Origin: Paraphysomonas bandaiensis
Lineage: Eukaryota; Protista; Chrysophyceae
Length of the DNA stretch: 64,000 bases
Direction of reading: 5' to 3'
Assembly: GCA_965644295.1 (NCBI GenBank)
Contig: CBFFRP010000184.1
Span: 62,001-126,000, forward strand
Position 1 is the first letter of the stretch, and every line of letters begins with the position of its first letter. The notes beneath the pieces are model-generated. The model was not told where the DNA came from. It made no database searches and saw only the letters and a program-made list of their open reading frames with translations. Below, piece by piece: positions 30,534 to 43,862 of this stretch. A program made the position numbers and the translations under genes.

Positions 30534-31158
30534 CTGAATGGAACGTAATGTCACCCTACCTATGAATATTTATCCCCTAGCCCGGTATATACAATGTCAT
30601 GGGCATGTAGCTAGTTGAAGTCAGTTTGATACTACAATTTATTACTACTACAAGAAGAGTAGTTACCACTAAGTTTTATGCGCAGATATAATTTATTTAA
30701 GTAGGGTCTGTTCTTGATTTAAAATGTAATCACACTTTATGTACCTGTGATGGGGAGTTAAACTTGTGGTAAACTTGCTTCGTGTTAGACTATAGATACT
30801 CTGCGCCTGCTCCATACTACAGCGTCTTTTCTCGTTTTAATAGCAAGATGCTCACAAAATCAGCATAAGCTAGCCGAAAATACTAGCTTGTCAAGGCTAC
30901 GTAACACCTGCAAGTATCATGCTTATACATAGACCACAACAATTGCGACCAAAACTTGGGAACATACATATATTACTAACGTTACCCACGATTATCCACT
31001 GAAGCATTGCAGTTTTCGTACAACGCGTTGAACAATTGCCACGTTATACATCTAGATACAAGCATCCTGTTCATTCGTTGAATACGGCACATTCGAATCT
31101 TTCGGTTGAAATATTACAAAGACGTCATCTAACTATTCTCTGCTCACTATAAATCCAC

Positions 31159-31972
31159 TCATGGGTCTAATATAGCTGCCCTGTCGCCTTTGAGTGAGTT
31201 TTCGAACTCCATCAGGTTCTTCGTTTGTGGGGACGAATCACTTATGATTGTCGGTCGTATTTTGCGAATAAAACTTAAGGCATTTAGTGCAGACATACCC
31301 TTGTACTTAATGTAGTACGCAGCCACCACTGATGTACTCCGCCCCTTTCCGGACTTACAATGACAGTATATAACTCTCTTATCGTCCAATTGTCTCTTGA
31401 TCCAATCCGCCCCTTCATGCAGGACTTTATGCGATGGCGGAAAAAAATCATACGCATATAGCTGCTTATGTATTACGTCTTCTTTCTAATAAAAAAGAAA
31501 CAAATCAGATCGGGTGGAAGTGGCGGTACATTGCGTAGTATACCTTCCATTGCGAGGGTTGCACCGGTTGGCCTGCTAATGTTCTACTTGATATTTCGTA
31601 ACTCTCCATTACGGAAAGAACAGCATCAACCTTGTGATCTAAAGTCAAGTGTGATAAGTGATTCAAGGAGTTCATAGGTATGCCTCCAAGATACAGGCGG
31701 TTGTCGATCTTAGAGTACCACTGCCAGGTCCCTAACCCGTCCTCTATCACATGCATCAATAGGAACACTTCAAAAGCTATTGACCTCCATGTCCATGCCG
31801 CAACAATCAGTGGAATGATGAGAGTTATATAGTAGCCCTCAATAACAGCAAACGACACCACTAATACAGTGAGCAGAACCATCTGAGCGAACACACTCCC
31901 CGCTAATGTCCCCATCATATTAGACACTACTTCCTTTCTCAAACTTTTGCCCTTGGCTTTACCCCTAGCCAT
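31159..31972 (-). CDS. Dual-specificity phosphatase, PTPMT1/DSP8-like, with N-terminal hydrophobic helices (2 exons)
   Basis: WYSKIDNRLYLGGIP, intron 31543-31486, and the CX5R loop YCHCKSGKGRS followed by IRKIRP. Confidence 0.88.
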
Positions 31973-32223
31973 TGCACACAACGCACAGAATACAACACTC
32001 CAAAATTAAATAACCCGTTAATTGAACACTCTACCAACCCGAAAAATATCAGACATACATACATGGTATCGGCATCCTTGGTATATTTTTGTTCCAAGAT
32101 GCCTCTCATATTGAGACAACAATTATCTGAATTCCAGCCGTAGTTATACTGCAGTTGTATAGTGTATATTTGCTTCAATTTATTTCCGCAAAATATGATG
32201 CAGTCTACCGATACCTTCATACC

Positions 32224-32958
32224 TACATACATACATACATACATACATACATACATACATACATACATACGTACATACATACATACATACATACATACAT
32301 ACATACATACATACATACATACATACATACATACATACGTACATACATACATACATACATACATACATACGTACATACATACATACATACATACATACAT
32401 ACATACATACATACATACATACATACATACATACATACATACATACATACATACATACATACATACATACATACGTACATACATACATACATACATACAT
32501 ACATACATACATACATACATACATACATACATACATACATACATACATACATACATACATACATACATACGTACATACATACATACATACATACATACAT
32601 ACATACATACATACATACATACATACATACATAAAGACATACAGAAATTCTTTGAGTGATAGAAAGATAAATACATACATAAAGTCATACATACATACAT
32701 ACATACATACATACATACATACATACATACATACATACATACATACATACATACATACATACATACATACATACATACATACATACATACATACATACAT
32801 ACGTACATACATACATACATACATACATACATACATACATACATACATACATACATACATACATACATACATACATACATACATACGTACATACATACAT
32901 ACATACATACATACATACATACATACATACGTACATACATACATACATACATACATAC
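32224..32958. repeat. (TACA)n/(TATG)n tetranucleotide microsatellite in two blocks, interrupted at about 32633-32686
   Basis: Directly visible. Eight TACG variant units at 32271, 32339, 32371, 32475, 32571, 32803, 32887 and 32931. Confidence 0.99.
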
Positions 32959-33032
32959 AGAGTAAACGTATCCAAGCCTTCTCATCATTATTTATGGTTT
33001 TGTGTTGGGTTATAGCAGACTTTGAGTAGAGT

Positions 33033-33953
33033 ATGGCTCTATATTTCAGGGTGGCGGTATTTCTGTTATTAGGGAGCGTGCATGTGCTTTCAAGTTCTGT
33101 TTCTGCGTCGTATGTTGGGGCGGTTGTGGAGCATACGGTTTATTTCGGAGACAAGAGCGACAGCTCCGATTATTTACTGGAAGTAAACATTGAGCAATAT
33201 GAGCAGCTTATCCATCTCTCGAAGAGTCAGAGCGCACAAGTGGTGGTGTTTCCTGAATTTGGATTAACTCCTGTGGAGGCCGAGCAGAGGTCGGATTTGT
33301 ATCCTTATATTGAAGTTATTCCTGAAGTTAACCAATCCCACCCCATCAATCCATGTGAAGCACCGTCTGAATTTGAGGACGCTCCAATTCTATTGAGGAT
33401 GTCGTGTGCAGCTAGAAGTAACGGTATTCTGGTGTTGGTAAACATGATTGACAAGCAAGAATGCTCTCCTGCAGTGGATTCTGATTGTCCGGGCGATGGT
33501 CATTATCAATATAACACCGACGTCGTATTCGATGAGTCTGGAAATATGATCGCTAAGTATCACAAAAGTCATGAGTGGGTGTCACTTAAGGTGGCATATG
33601 ACCAGCCCAAGACTCCTTCGGAAATATCTTTCCTATCATCTTTCGGTGTTGAGTTCGGTCTATTTATCTGCTTTGATATTATGTTTGAGGACCCCCCGAA
33701 GGTCCTTCGATCAAGAGGCGTGAAGCACTTTCTCTATGCGGTGATGCAAGGCGATATCGGGGAGAGATTACTTATTGAACCTTGGAGCAAAAATAATCAA
33801 GCAACGGTTCTGTCAGCCAATCTTGGAAGTGGAGAAAAGAAGGATTGCAGTGCCATAATTGTCAACGGTACTGTTCTTGACTCTAAAAAGTATTACCTTG
33901 AGAGTGATTTGTTTCCCCATGACAATATTGTTGTTGCTACTATTCCCGTGTAA
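33033..33953 (+). CDS. Secreted vanin/biotinidase-like carbon-nitrogen hydrolase (nitrilase fold), intronless
   Basis: Signal peptide; YVGAVVEH, VVFPEFGL (Glu), YQYNTDVVFD..G..IAKYHK (Lys), FGLFICFDIMF (Cys). Confidence 0.9.
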   Translation: MALYFRVAVFLLLGSVHVLSSSVSASYVGAVVEHTVYFGDKSDSSDYLLEVNIEQYEQLIHLSKSQSAQVVVFPEFGLTPVEAEQRSDLYPYIEVIPEVNQSHPINPCEAPSEFEDAPILLRMSCAARSNGILVLVNMIDKQECSPAVDSDCPGDGHYQYNTDVVFDESGNMIAKYHKSHEWVSLKVAYDQPKTPSEISFLSSFGVEFGLFICFDIMFEDPPKVLRSRGVKHFLYAVMQGDIGERLLIEPWSKNNQATVLSANLGSGEKKDCSAIIVNGTVLDSKKYYLESDLFPHDNIVVATIPV

Positions 33954-35180
33954 TTGGTGATATACTATTTCCAATTAGGATATTGTTAAACTAATTTGTT
34001 TATTGACTAAATATATATTGGTGAAATATATTTAATAATAAAATGGAATTGTCGTTTGTACTCTAGCTGAGGCAGTAGCGGAGATATGTAGCTAATGTGT
34101 ACATGTAGTTGCAGTGAGTATAGAGTAGTACAGTGATGTAGAAGTTGTTCCTTCAACTAAACTATCAGTGGAAGAGAATAAGAAGCACTGTTTGCCCCAA
34201 TGATATGAGATCATTTGGTACTATTGGTCAAAATATGGGCAGTAGTATAGTGTGTATATCAGCGAGCGTTTCACTTATTTTTCAAGTCCTTTTACGACAC
34301 TTTCCGGAGTACTCTCACTGTTGCCTGTTGGAATATGTATGGTTCTCTAAGATAGTACATAGTACTGTAGAATACGTTAAATACAATGTGAAAAACAGTA
34401 ATACGTAGTCAATAGTCAAAGATGCTATATAGCTATAACTATGAAACTGAAGTATTATATCATGACGATTCAAGATACGGAAGTTGAGCAGTGGTTCACA
34501 TGAACGAAATAATTTATCATGTTGTTGACATGTGTTACATGACAACACACACAATTGTGTATACAATTATTATAATCTATCTAGTTTGATTAACTTTAAC
34601 TTCTCTTAAAGCGATATTTATTGTCTGAAAATGGTCAATAGTCAATACTGTCATCCGTCAAGGAAAGTTGTATATTTTGCTATTTTTGACTACTACTTTA
34701 CAGTTTATACCAATCACTTCTGCATATATACTATATTTGCCAGTGATAATTTGAAAAAACGTAAAGAAACTGCTTATTAGTGGTGAAAATGAATCGGTGC
34801 TGGTTTAGGCCGAGCTGTTCAAAATAAATATTGCATAAAAACAGCAAACAAACCTAGACAATAACATCATTCTCATATTTCAGAAAACCATAAAGTGAAA
34901 AGCTATAGAGTGGACATGTTTATAAATAACTCACAGTGAAAAATTCATCGACCAGTTGTAGTTGGTTTCGGACCAGTTGTAATAATCCAGGATGTGATCT
35001 GTGAGGGCAATAATTTAAAGTGATTCATGTAATATATATATGACTGTATGCACAGTGCTATCATCATGTGAGCACGCGCCAGGTAACGATCGGTGCATCT
35101 TTATACTACCGTTCAACCGGCGATGCGGGCACTACACATGGTGTTAACTTTGAATGTATCTGCCGTTGTGGGCTCAGGTG

Positions 35181-36320
35181 TTAGTTTTCGAACTTATCAG
35201 TACTCATAGATCGTCTTACTCTTCTAGGATCAGGGGAAAATGACTTCGGAGACAACGATGCAACTCGAAGGGCATATACAGGCAGCATACAGTCCAGTCG
35301 CCTCAAGGTTCTGTTGCTGGAAGTCTTCCTCACGTCTCGGGTTACGGTACTTGCAGACATTTCTTCTCCCCGTACCCAAGGGTGATCTAGGATTCCCTGT
35401 ATACTTAGCCGATATCTTGGATTCTTCTGTAGAAGTTTCTCAACCAAGTCCTTGGCTGAATCCGATACACCATCCCATCCCACGCCACTCATGTCGAAAT
35501 ATGTGCGCTGGAAGCTATCTTGTGGGTGGAAGGCCGGCAACCCACTAAGCATGCTGTACACAATGCACCCGACTTGCCATAGATCCGATGACGGAGAATA
35601 ATCGTAATGCTGTATAGATTCTGGGGCAATATACCCGGGAGTTCCTACGACACAAGTGTCTCGGTATACTCCGTCTGTGTATTCTGCCGGCACGCGAACC
35701 ATTAGACCGAAGTCAATGATTTTCACAGGTGAATCAGTACTGTCTCGAGCAAGCATCAAATTCTCTAGTTTCAAATCGCGGTGAATGAATCCCCGTTTGT
35801 GTAAACTATCTAGAGCTAATACGAAGCTCTTGAAAATTGTTGCCAGTTCTCGTTCGCTTAAGGTTTTATTGAGTACAACATCGATAAGCGCACCGCCTGT
35901 GAGGTGCTCCATCACAATTACCGGCAGCTCCTGGTCACATTGCTTTCCAGGTATTAGTCCTTCCGATGTGTCTTTAAAGACACCAAACATTTGCACCATT
36001 CCCTCAATACCCACAGCAGATGTCAAAAGACGAATCTCCTGAAGGATTGCTGACATACAAGGTGTGCTGTTTGTGTAACCGAAGAATTTGAGAGCTACAG
36101 GAGTACCATCCGATACTCTCTTGGCGGAGTATACCTTGCCCATTCCACCTTCCCCAATATATGTGAGGTTAGTGTAGTCCGAGCAGTTGGTTTGGATTTC
36201 TACACTTTCTTCGCTGCTTTTCTTTGACATCAATCGCGGCCAGGCCTTCTTAGGGGACCGCATCGGTTTCATATTCTCTGTGATGGGCGGAGTCTCATAG
36301 AGGACGATAGACAGGGGCAT
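35181..36320 (-). CDS. Ser/Thr protein kinase, CAMK group, intronless
   Basis: IGEGGMGKV, VALK, HRDLKLEN, KIIDFG, GTPGYIAPE, VSDSAKDLV, HPW. First ATG is at 36320; the ORF track starts at an upstream GTG. Confidence 0.93.
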   Translation of the reverse strand: MPLSIVLYETPPITENMKPMRSPKKAWPRLMSKKSSEESVEIQTNCSDYTNLTYIGEGGMGKVYSAKRVSDGTPVALKFFGYTNSTPCMSAILQEIRLLTSAVGIEGMVQMFGVFKDTSEGLIPGKQCDQELPVIVMEHLTGGALIDVVLNKTLSERELATIFKSFVLALDSLHKRGFIHRDLKLENLMLARDSTDSPVKIIDFGLMVRVPAEYTDGVYRDTCVVGTPGYIAPESIQHYDYSPSSDLWQVGCIVYSMLSGLPAFHPQDSFQRTYFDMSGVGWDGVSDSAKDLVEKLLQKNPRYRLSIQGILDHPWVRGEEMSASTVTRDVRKTSSNRTLRRLDCMLPVYALRVASLSPKSFSPDPRRVRRSMSTDKFEN

Positions 36321-36943
36321 CGTTACTGTTAATACGGGTAACACTGACACTGATGATAAGATAAGATAGAGGAAGAGGAAGTATAGTGTTAACTACGTCC
36401 TAATGTGTGTTCCATGTGTACCCTGTTAGTATGTTATGTTATAGTAGTTCCACTCAATGTATGGACACACACACACTCCCTGCCTATAACATTATCACAA
36501 CTAATTAGATGACGGAGATCATATTAATGATATGCCACATCAGTGTGAACCATGTGATGGCTCCAGTCCAATAGACCAACGACAAACAGTGTCACCTCTC
36601 GAACTCCATACCAATAACACACACAGCAGCACATACGCCGCACACATAACCAGTTTGCGTGTGTTCCGTATGTACCGGTATATGGTATATACGATCGTAC
36701 CGTACAGCAGTAGTCCAAATGAGGGAATACCGCACATACAAATACACCACTATTGTCTTCGTGCATACGTAGGTATGATATACAGCAGTTGGAGCAGCAT
36801 AGATGCGTAGTACAGGTGTACAGAGTATACATGTACAGATGTACAGATACAGCAGCTGTGTATGGATACGCATCATATTCTGCCTCCTCTCTGTGTATGG
36901 ATACCAGCGCACTCACTCCCACTGCAGCCCCTGTATCTACACC

Positions 36944-38155
36944 ATGACATCCCGCTATGTCCTCCGAAGCAAGAATCAATCATCTGCTCTGGAGGATCTG
37001 ACCCCTGTGGAGTCGTTGTTCTGTTATGTGTCACTGTGTGTGTGTGTATGCGGCTGTATTCAAACATGTCTCATAGTCCTCACAGCGCTACTCATAATGA
37101 CAATTAGAGGAAGCAAACTTGCTTTCATATCACTTCTACTGTATGCCGCTCTTGCTCTGCACCCGATACGATATGGCAAGCCCTGGAGTGCCTTTATTAA
37201 CTCCTGGATATTTGACGTATGGAGGAAGTACTTCGCGTTCACTTGGGTTAACTATGCGAGACTAGAGAAGGGACAGAGGTATATGTTTTTTGAATTTTCT
37301 CACGCGATATTTCCAATGGTAATGTTGTGATAAAAGGAGTCACACGTCCAATAAGTCTTATTTGTAGGGACAGTTTCTATCGGCTTCAGTTGTACGAGAT
37401 GTGTTTCCTGACGACACTTTTTGCGGAATCGGTGCTGATATCGTGTTTTACTTCCCAATTTATAGACATATAATGTCATGGCTTGGGACGTATCCTGCTA
37501 CACGCAAGAATATTACGAGAATTTTGGATAGTGGGTGTTGCTGCACTGTTCTGCCTGGAGGTGCGATCTCGTGGTAATATCTAATCTGTGGGCTTATGTA
37601 TTTTGTATTGATTCAGGTATAGCAGAGATGTATCTGTGTCGCTCAGATAAGGAAGGAATATACTTTAGAAAGAGGTAAGATTGTCGTCATTATGCAGTCA
37701 GTCGCCGCTACAACGGCATACCTTCGGGGCAATGTCTGTCGACTTCCTTGACCGATACATTGATTGATATAACAGTAGTTTTGTAAAATTTCAGAAGGAA
37801 TACAGTAAAAGCAGCTCTGCAAGAAGGTGCCCACGTTGTTCCTGCATTCTTTTATGGAAACAGCCGCATATTCTCTCCCATGGGGACGGAGGGTGGGAAT
37901 CAATCGATTCTCTCCTGGTTTAGTCGGAAAATGCGTGCGGCAATTGTGTTCTACACTGGTCGGAACTATCTCCCTGTTCCATTCCGACAGCCACTTAAAA
38001 TGTGCATTGGTGCACCTATTCATGTTGACAGAGCGTACCCCAATCCCACAGAGGAACAAATAGACGAACTACAGAAGAAAATAATTGATGCCGTCACGAA
38101 GCTTTACGAAGAAAATAGACCAGAATGGGAAACTAAGGAGTTGATGATTACGTAG
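36944..38155 (+). CDS. DGAT2/MOGAT-family acyltransferase (4 exons)
   Basis: N-terminal TM segment, WRKYF, RYMFFEFSHAIFPM|G, VLPG|GIAEMY, ALQEGAHVVPAFFYGN, PVPFRQPLKMCIGAPI. The start codon is uncertain. Confidence 0.88.
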
Positions 38156-39005
38156 TGGGTGATGTGTTCATCCATTAGCACGTTGATTGTTATGTCATAC
38201 ATCTAATGGACCAGGGCCTGGTAACCGCAATTGACCATTAATGGTAATACCGTGTAATTGCCAGGACAATAAATGTTAAATGGACATATATTACAGCGAT
38301 TCTTTGCTTATTGGTAAGCAATTAGAAGCTGTATTTTAAAGGTTTTGAGTTACAGCCGTTGCTCGAAGAATACGGTATTATATGAACATTGTTTATCGTA
38401 ATTTTAATTAATGGAGAGTATAGAGTATGTTGTACTACAGTTTCAGTTACTTATAATGTCAAATTCTGTTACTTTAGACTCACATAATATGGCAGTGAAG
38501 TTCAAATTCACTGCGGTTCTATCTAGTTATAGAGTTATATACAGAGTGCAATATCTGAAGAAGATGGACACTGTCATGACAATAGCAAATAGATTAATGA
38601 ATAATACATAATACAATTATGTTTAATTGGTTCGCGAACTTGCAGCGAAAACGTATGGATTACTCAGGAAATATGCTTTCAAAATAGAAATATATTCTTA
38701 GCATACAATTGTTGTGCCCATCTGGCAACTAACCAGTTCAGTTAACAAAAGAGCTCAGTTCTTTTATTATGAATAGACCACGAACCACGAAGCCAGTAGT
38801 TGGATGCTATATTCTAAAATCATATTACACCGCAGCAAATACAAAATAATGGCACGAGGTATCACGATACCAACACCAAGTAATAGATAATTAGCAGTAC
38901 TTGGAAAGGAACTTTGTGCAATATTTCGTATCAGAGTACATTATGTGGTCAGTGCGAGAAAATATATCAGTAGTTGCTATAATTTCCCCTATTAAGTACA
39001 AAACG

Positions 39006-41763
39006 TTAGCGATGTCGAGCTTCCAGTATACGTCTATTGCGCGCCACTTGACTCCTCCTGTACTCCTCGAACAAAGATTTCTCGTCAACAGATGCGATTT
39101 CATTGTTAGGGGCATCGTTGAAGCTCAGCACAGAGCTTGCTCGCATCTGATCTCCCACCTCCGTTAAGTCATCACAATCCATTGACTCCCAACGAGGAGA
39201 TTTAGTACTGTAGGTGCAAATCATGCATACTTGTATAGTGGGAATATTAGCTTATCTCACCTAAGAATTCCTTCGTCGTTTTGCCACGTGACCAGCCCAC
39301 TACGGGTGAAGAGATAGAGGTTTATCAAAATAACAACACCGCATAGACCCCAGAAAACAATCAGTCCATGTTTATAGTTAAGTAGCTTGTCAGTATACCT
39401 ACATCGGACATTATCGCCAGTTCAAAGAGATTTATAGTGAAGTCATGTGAACGTTGTGTACGATCTAACATACCCGCCATCCTCCTGGAAGTTCATACCG
39501 TACACACCAGCTAGAAATGTCATCGGCAAGAATACGGTGCCAATTAGTGCAAGGTTAGTCTATACACACGTTTCAAAGTAAAAAACTGACTAAAACAAGA
39601 GCTACCTGAGTGTATTCTGAGCGGATACTGGTTACGTGACTCATTGCTGCATGAAAAAGATTTAAAACATGACCTATCAAAAGAGCATATCGTTGTACAC
39701 ACCATTTTCCACGGCAAGAACGTCGTGAAGCTGTCGCTCCAGACAAGTCGACTTAAATACATAACTGTCCACCAGACACGATATAAAAACTAGGTGCTCC
39801 CAGTTTATGTGATTACTTGCAGAAAGTATTTCAAACTGGCCTGCGCAATGATGTAAACCAATATACAGCCCGCGTGTTATACTGTGCCATACTTGAAGTT
39901 TTGTTCATGATAGCCTGTAGATTCTGGTGAATCTCATCAACAAGCCTATCCATCATTTTGATAACTGCGAGTAAGCTAAACCACGCACGTAAAAACGATT
40001 ATCTTTTAACTGAGAACTAATTACGCACATGCCGACTTTACGATGAAAGTGAAGCTTCTGCTTATAAGAGATACGGCGGTGAACCTGTGCTGATCATCAC
40101 TAATATCTACAATACAAAATTAAGATAGTATGCCTGCTGCTTCAGATAAAATATGGTACGACTGATGAACTCAATTAAACTGTCCGACTCCGTCAGAACT
40201 TCGGTACCTATATATAGAGGAAGGCACAGCATAGTACATCGTCAAAACACGAGACAATGCTGATGACACACTTACCGATTTCATACATCATATAAAACGC
40301 TCCGCGAGTACAAACCGTATCATAAACCTACGTAATATTCGTAGCTTTATAATTGCGAAGTTCGCTATATTACAGTGTGCACATCATACGAACCTCCTGT
40401 GTCATTCGCGAAATTAGATTTCGAATCGCAGAAGGCTTCTCTGCTTTGAAGTATACACCTACAATTGTAGAAGTAACACATAAACATAAACCAAAATAAA
40501 TATTGTACCAGATTTATGTCCGGGACCAGAACGTGTATTGTGTCGATTAACTGATACAGTGGGACTACCTAGAGGGGAAAGTGGGCTAATTACGTCGCCA
40601 TCGCGTGTCCTCGTTTGATTAACCGTCGGTACATCACCCAAGGTGTCGAGAGAGCTCCGCTCTACAGATGCTGTTTCCGTAGGAGGTGTTTGAAGATGAG
40701 GTGGTTCATATACCGATATTCCCACAGCAGAAAGACCGTTAGATGGACTAGTTGGACTCGTGGATTGGGAATCCTCGTCATCATCATCCGGCTCACATAT
40801 TAACTCTCTTTCATAAGAAATAACAAACCTGTGTAGCATATTGGCGTAAGGAACCAGTCATCAAGCAATAAAATAGCAAAACTGCACCGTTTTGTATTAA
40901 ACGTGTAGATCTGCACCACATGATTAGCTAATACAAATTACGTATTATAGACGTGGTCAATACCTTGTGCATCTCTGCATCATCCCCAGAAAGTACCATA
41001 GTACAGAAAGAAACCTACAAAATATAATTAGACAAACACCACAAATGCTGTAAACACGCACAAATAACCCGTCATCAATGGCGCTGATCGCCGAGTGGCC
41101 TCTATAAATATTGAACGTTAAGTGACACTTGCAGCTTGCAAACATTTTAATTTTATATGACCTTAAATCATAGAAATGAGACAATGGTATCGGGTGCACA
41201 TCAAGTTTTTTCCCGATTGCAGCAAGCGCACGAAGATCTTTCACATTAAACCATGTAATCCCTCTAATACATCAAACAAGGTCAACATGGTATTGTATAT
41301 CAGGCACATACCGTTCCGGCAGTTGATAAGAATTTAAAGTACTTTCCAAATCGGCGTAAATAATGGATCGAGGTTGTTGCACAGTACTGTCCCTACGAAA
41401 CTCAAGAATCTCACATACAATTTCATGAGGAGGTAAATTCTCCAGAGCCTTTGTGTAGTCGAAATCACCAGTAGCACGAAACGTGTGATGATTGTTATGA
41501 AACTCAAGAGACCTGTGATACAAGTAATCCATAGACACCAGTCGCTTCTGATCGAGAACAGTCCATGTTGAGTCAATATCAGCCCAGAAGAACCCCTCTT
41601 TGACACTGCGTCCGTCACTATCACTGGACCTCCTCTCCTGCTGCTGTTGCTGTTGTTGCTGTGTCTTGACACCTCTCTTCATCCCCTCAGGAGAAAGAAA
41701 CGGCTCTTGCTTCGAGTTACTGGAGAAAAATATATTCTGCATATCGATTTCTTTGGTAGTCAT
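39006..41763 (-). CDS. CorA/Mrs2/Alr-type Mg2+ transporter, multi-exon
   Basis: TVFLPMTFLAGVYGMNF (GMN motif) near 39490-39540, then a second TM helix (LIVFWGLCGVVILINLYLF). An N-terminal exon has WFNVKD...LDVHPIPL. Confidence 0.9.
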
Positions 41764-42121
41764 TCAAAGGGCCCCATATCGGAGCACTTGTGGAGAGATG
41801 GACAATAGATTCATACACATATAGCTGAGTCATCGTGATACCACAACATACATGGTACAGCAGTACACAGCAGCAGTACAGCGTACAGCACATGCACAGG
41901 ATATGTGCAGTATACCACGATGTTTACGGTTAGAAATCCAGTATTTTATATGCAGTTAAGCAAAAAGAGTGGATTTTATATTATGCATACATCGTATCGT
42001 TGTTCTGCTATGGCAAGCATGCCCGCCACGGCAGGCACATACAAGAGGAGCTTCTACACTCTCATTCTAGCCACTCACACTGGCAAGGTATAGCCACTCA
42101 GACTGTGGCGAATAGACTTTG

Positions 42122-43249
42122 ATGACGCATAATGAGGTGCGGTATTCCACTCTTCGTGAGGGCCAGATTGCTCTGTTCACTGGAAGCATATATGGAGCTG
42201 TGCATACTATCACCGGCCACCCGCTGGATACTGTGAAGGTGGCGTATTAGATTATAAGATGTGGCAGACAGCTAACTGTGTATCAATGTAGAGCAAAATG
42301 CAACTTCAGGTTCAAGTCAAAGTTAATGACACTCATCTAACACGATGCAGGCTAACTACCTCAATATGCGGGTATTAGATGTCGTCAAAAGTATATATAG
42401 AGAGCATGGATGTATGGGTTTCTTTCATGGCTGCATTCCCCCTTTGTTAGGTAGTGCACTGTACCGCGGAGTCATGATTAGTGGATATGAAACTAGTTTC
42501 AGCTATATTCATTTGAACTACGACTCTGATCATTTTTTGAACAGAGAGTTCATGGGCTTTCTTCGCCCGATTGTTCCGTTGTCAGTTATTTTTGCATCTA
42601 TATCAAGAGGATTGATCGAAGGTTAGTGGTGCGCAGTGTAGAACTTTATTCTTCCTGTCTTTTCTGTGCCTGGTTAATTTTCTTTTCTGTGAAGCTCCGT
42701 TTGAGTACGCGAAGTTGATGGGACAGACTGAAAAAAAGTGGGTCATCAGCCACATATATCGTGGACTACACTGGCAGTTGCTTCGCACAACAACCCTTCT
42801 GATGCCTGTGTATACTCTTTTCGACTTGACCCGGAGAAAGTCGAATATAATGCAAACTCTAGCTGGGAATATGTTCGTTACTTTCGGGGTGGTGGGAGTA
42901 TCATATCTTATAACATGGCCTTTAGAAACTCTGAAGAATTTGGCACAAACAGGTATTCCGAGACCTGGGGCTAGTGTGAAGGAGAGAGTGAGATACATGG
43001 GAGGTATATCTGGACTTATGCGCGGTGTATCACCAGGTACTCAGCGAAATGCATATATATATATCTGTAAATGTTTTGAAGCAGCTGAGTGCTTAGATAT
43101 TGATGCAATAATACTTATGCGAGTGACACGAACACGTTATTGTAGGTGCTCTCAGTGGTGGCGGGAGGAATGCATTTGGAATGGTTGCGATGGTTTACAC
43201 ACAGCAATTTGTGACTTCCATGGGTTGGCGGGACAATAGTACAGGGTAG
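42122..43249 (+). CDS. Mitochondrial carrier family (SLC25) protein, multi-exon
   Basis: Three PX[DE]XXK signatures (HPLDTVK, APFEYAK, WPLETLK), plus GCMGFFHG and GISGLMRG. Confidence 0.9.
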
Positions 43250-43862
43250 TGTGTGACAGTGTGCGTGTGTTGTATAGTAGTACGGCCGTAGCTTTTAGCG
43301 TAGTAATTAAACGAGTATATCTCCTGTATCCTATAATCTATAATGTGAGATTATGAATTATGCATAGAAGAGTAGAGCTTATGATCACTTTTGTTACTGG
43401 AAACTACATGTATGCTGATCATGCCAAACAACTGATTCACTGTGAAAGAATGTGCCTGAATACTCAATGCTCTGTAAAATTTATTTCGCAGCATTGTAAC
43501 ATGCGTTTATATCTACGGCCGTTGTGTACATTCTCAAACTATACTAAGGTGACACGCTTTTTTCTGTACGTGGTTCAACAAAACACATTATATTCTTAAT
43601 ATCACTCTGCGCTGAGTGTTTCCGAAGTATCAACATTTATCACGCACACTTAAGATTGTGCCTAAACCTGACGGCAGCAGAGGAAAATGATAATCGAGAG
43701 AAGCCTAATAGTAAGGACTACACTCCAGTTGTAATGCAATAATGCACTTTCGCGGTGCAGAAAAGAACAACTACATATCGTGTTCTAATGGACAAGTATA
43801 CAGCGGCTAATATACAATAACTTTCTCATAGCCAAAGGGATATACAGGGTAATATGTCAGGA

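Noticed and set aside
30534-31158. CAD-like continuation (DHOase/ATCase) after CPS
   Set aside because: There is a stop at 30533 followed by AT-rich intergenic DNA and a convergent gene.
31939-33029. MYVC/YIHT repeat ORFs
   Set aside because: They are translations of the stop-free (TACA)n microsatellite.
36524-36943. Overlapping Cys/Tyr/His-rich ORFs upstream of DGAT2
   Set aside because: This is low-complexity CA/TA-rich divergent promoter or UTR sequence, like 41830-41910, 50780-50870 and 62330-62740.
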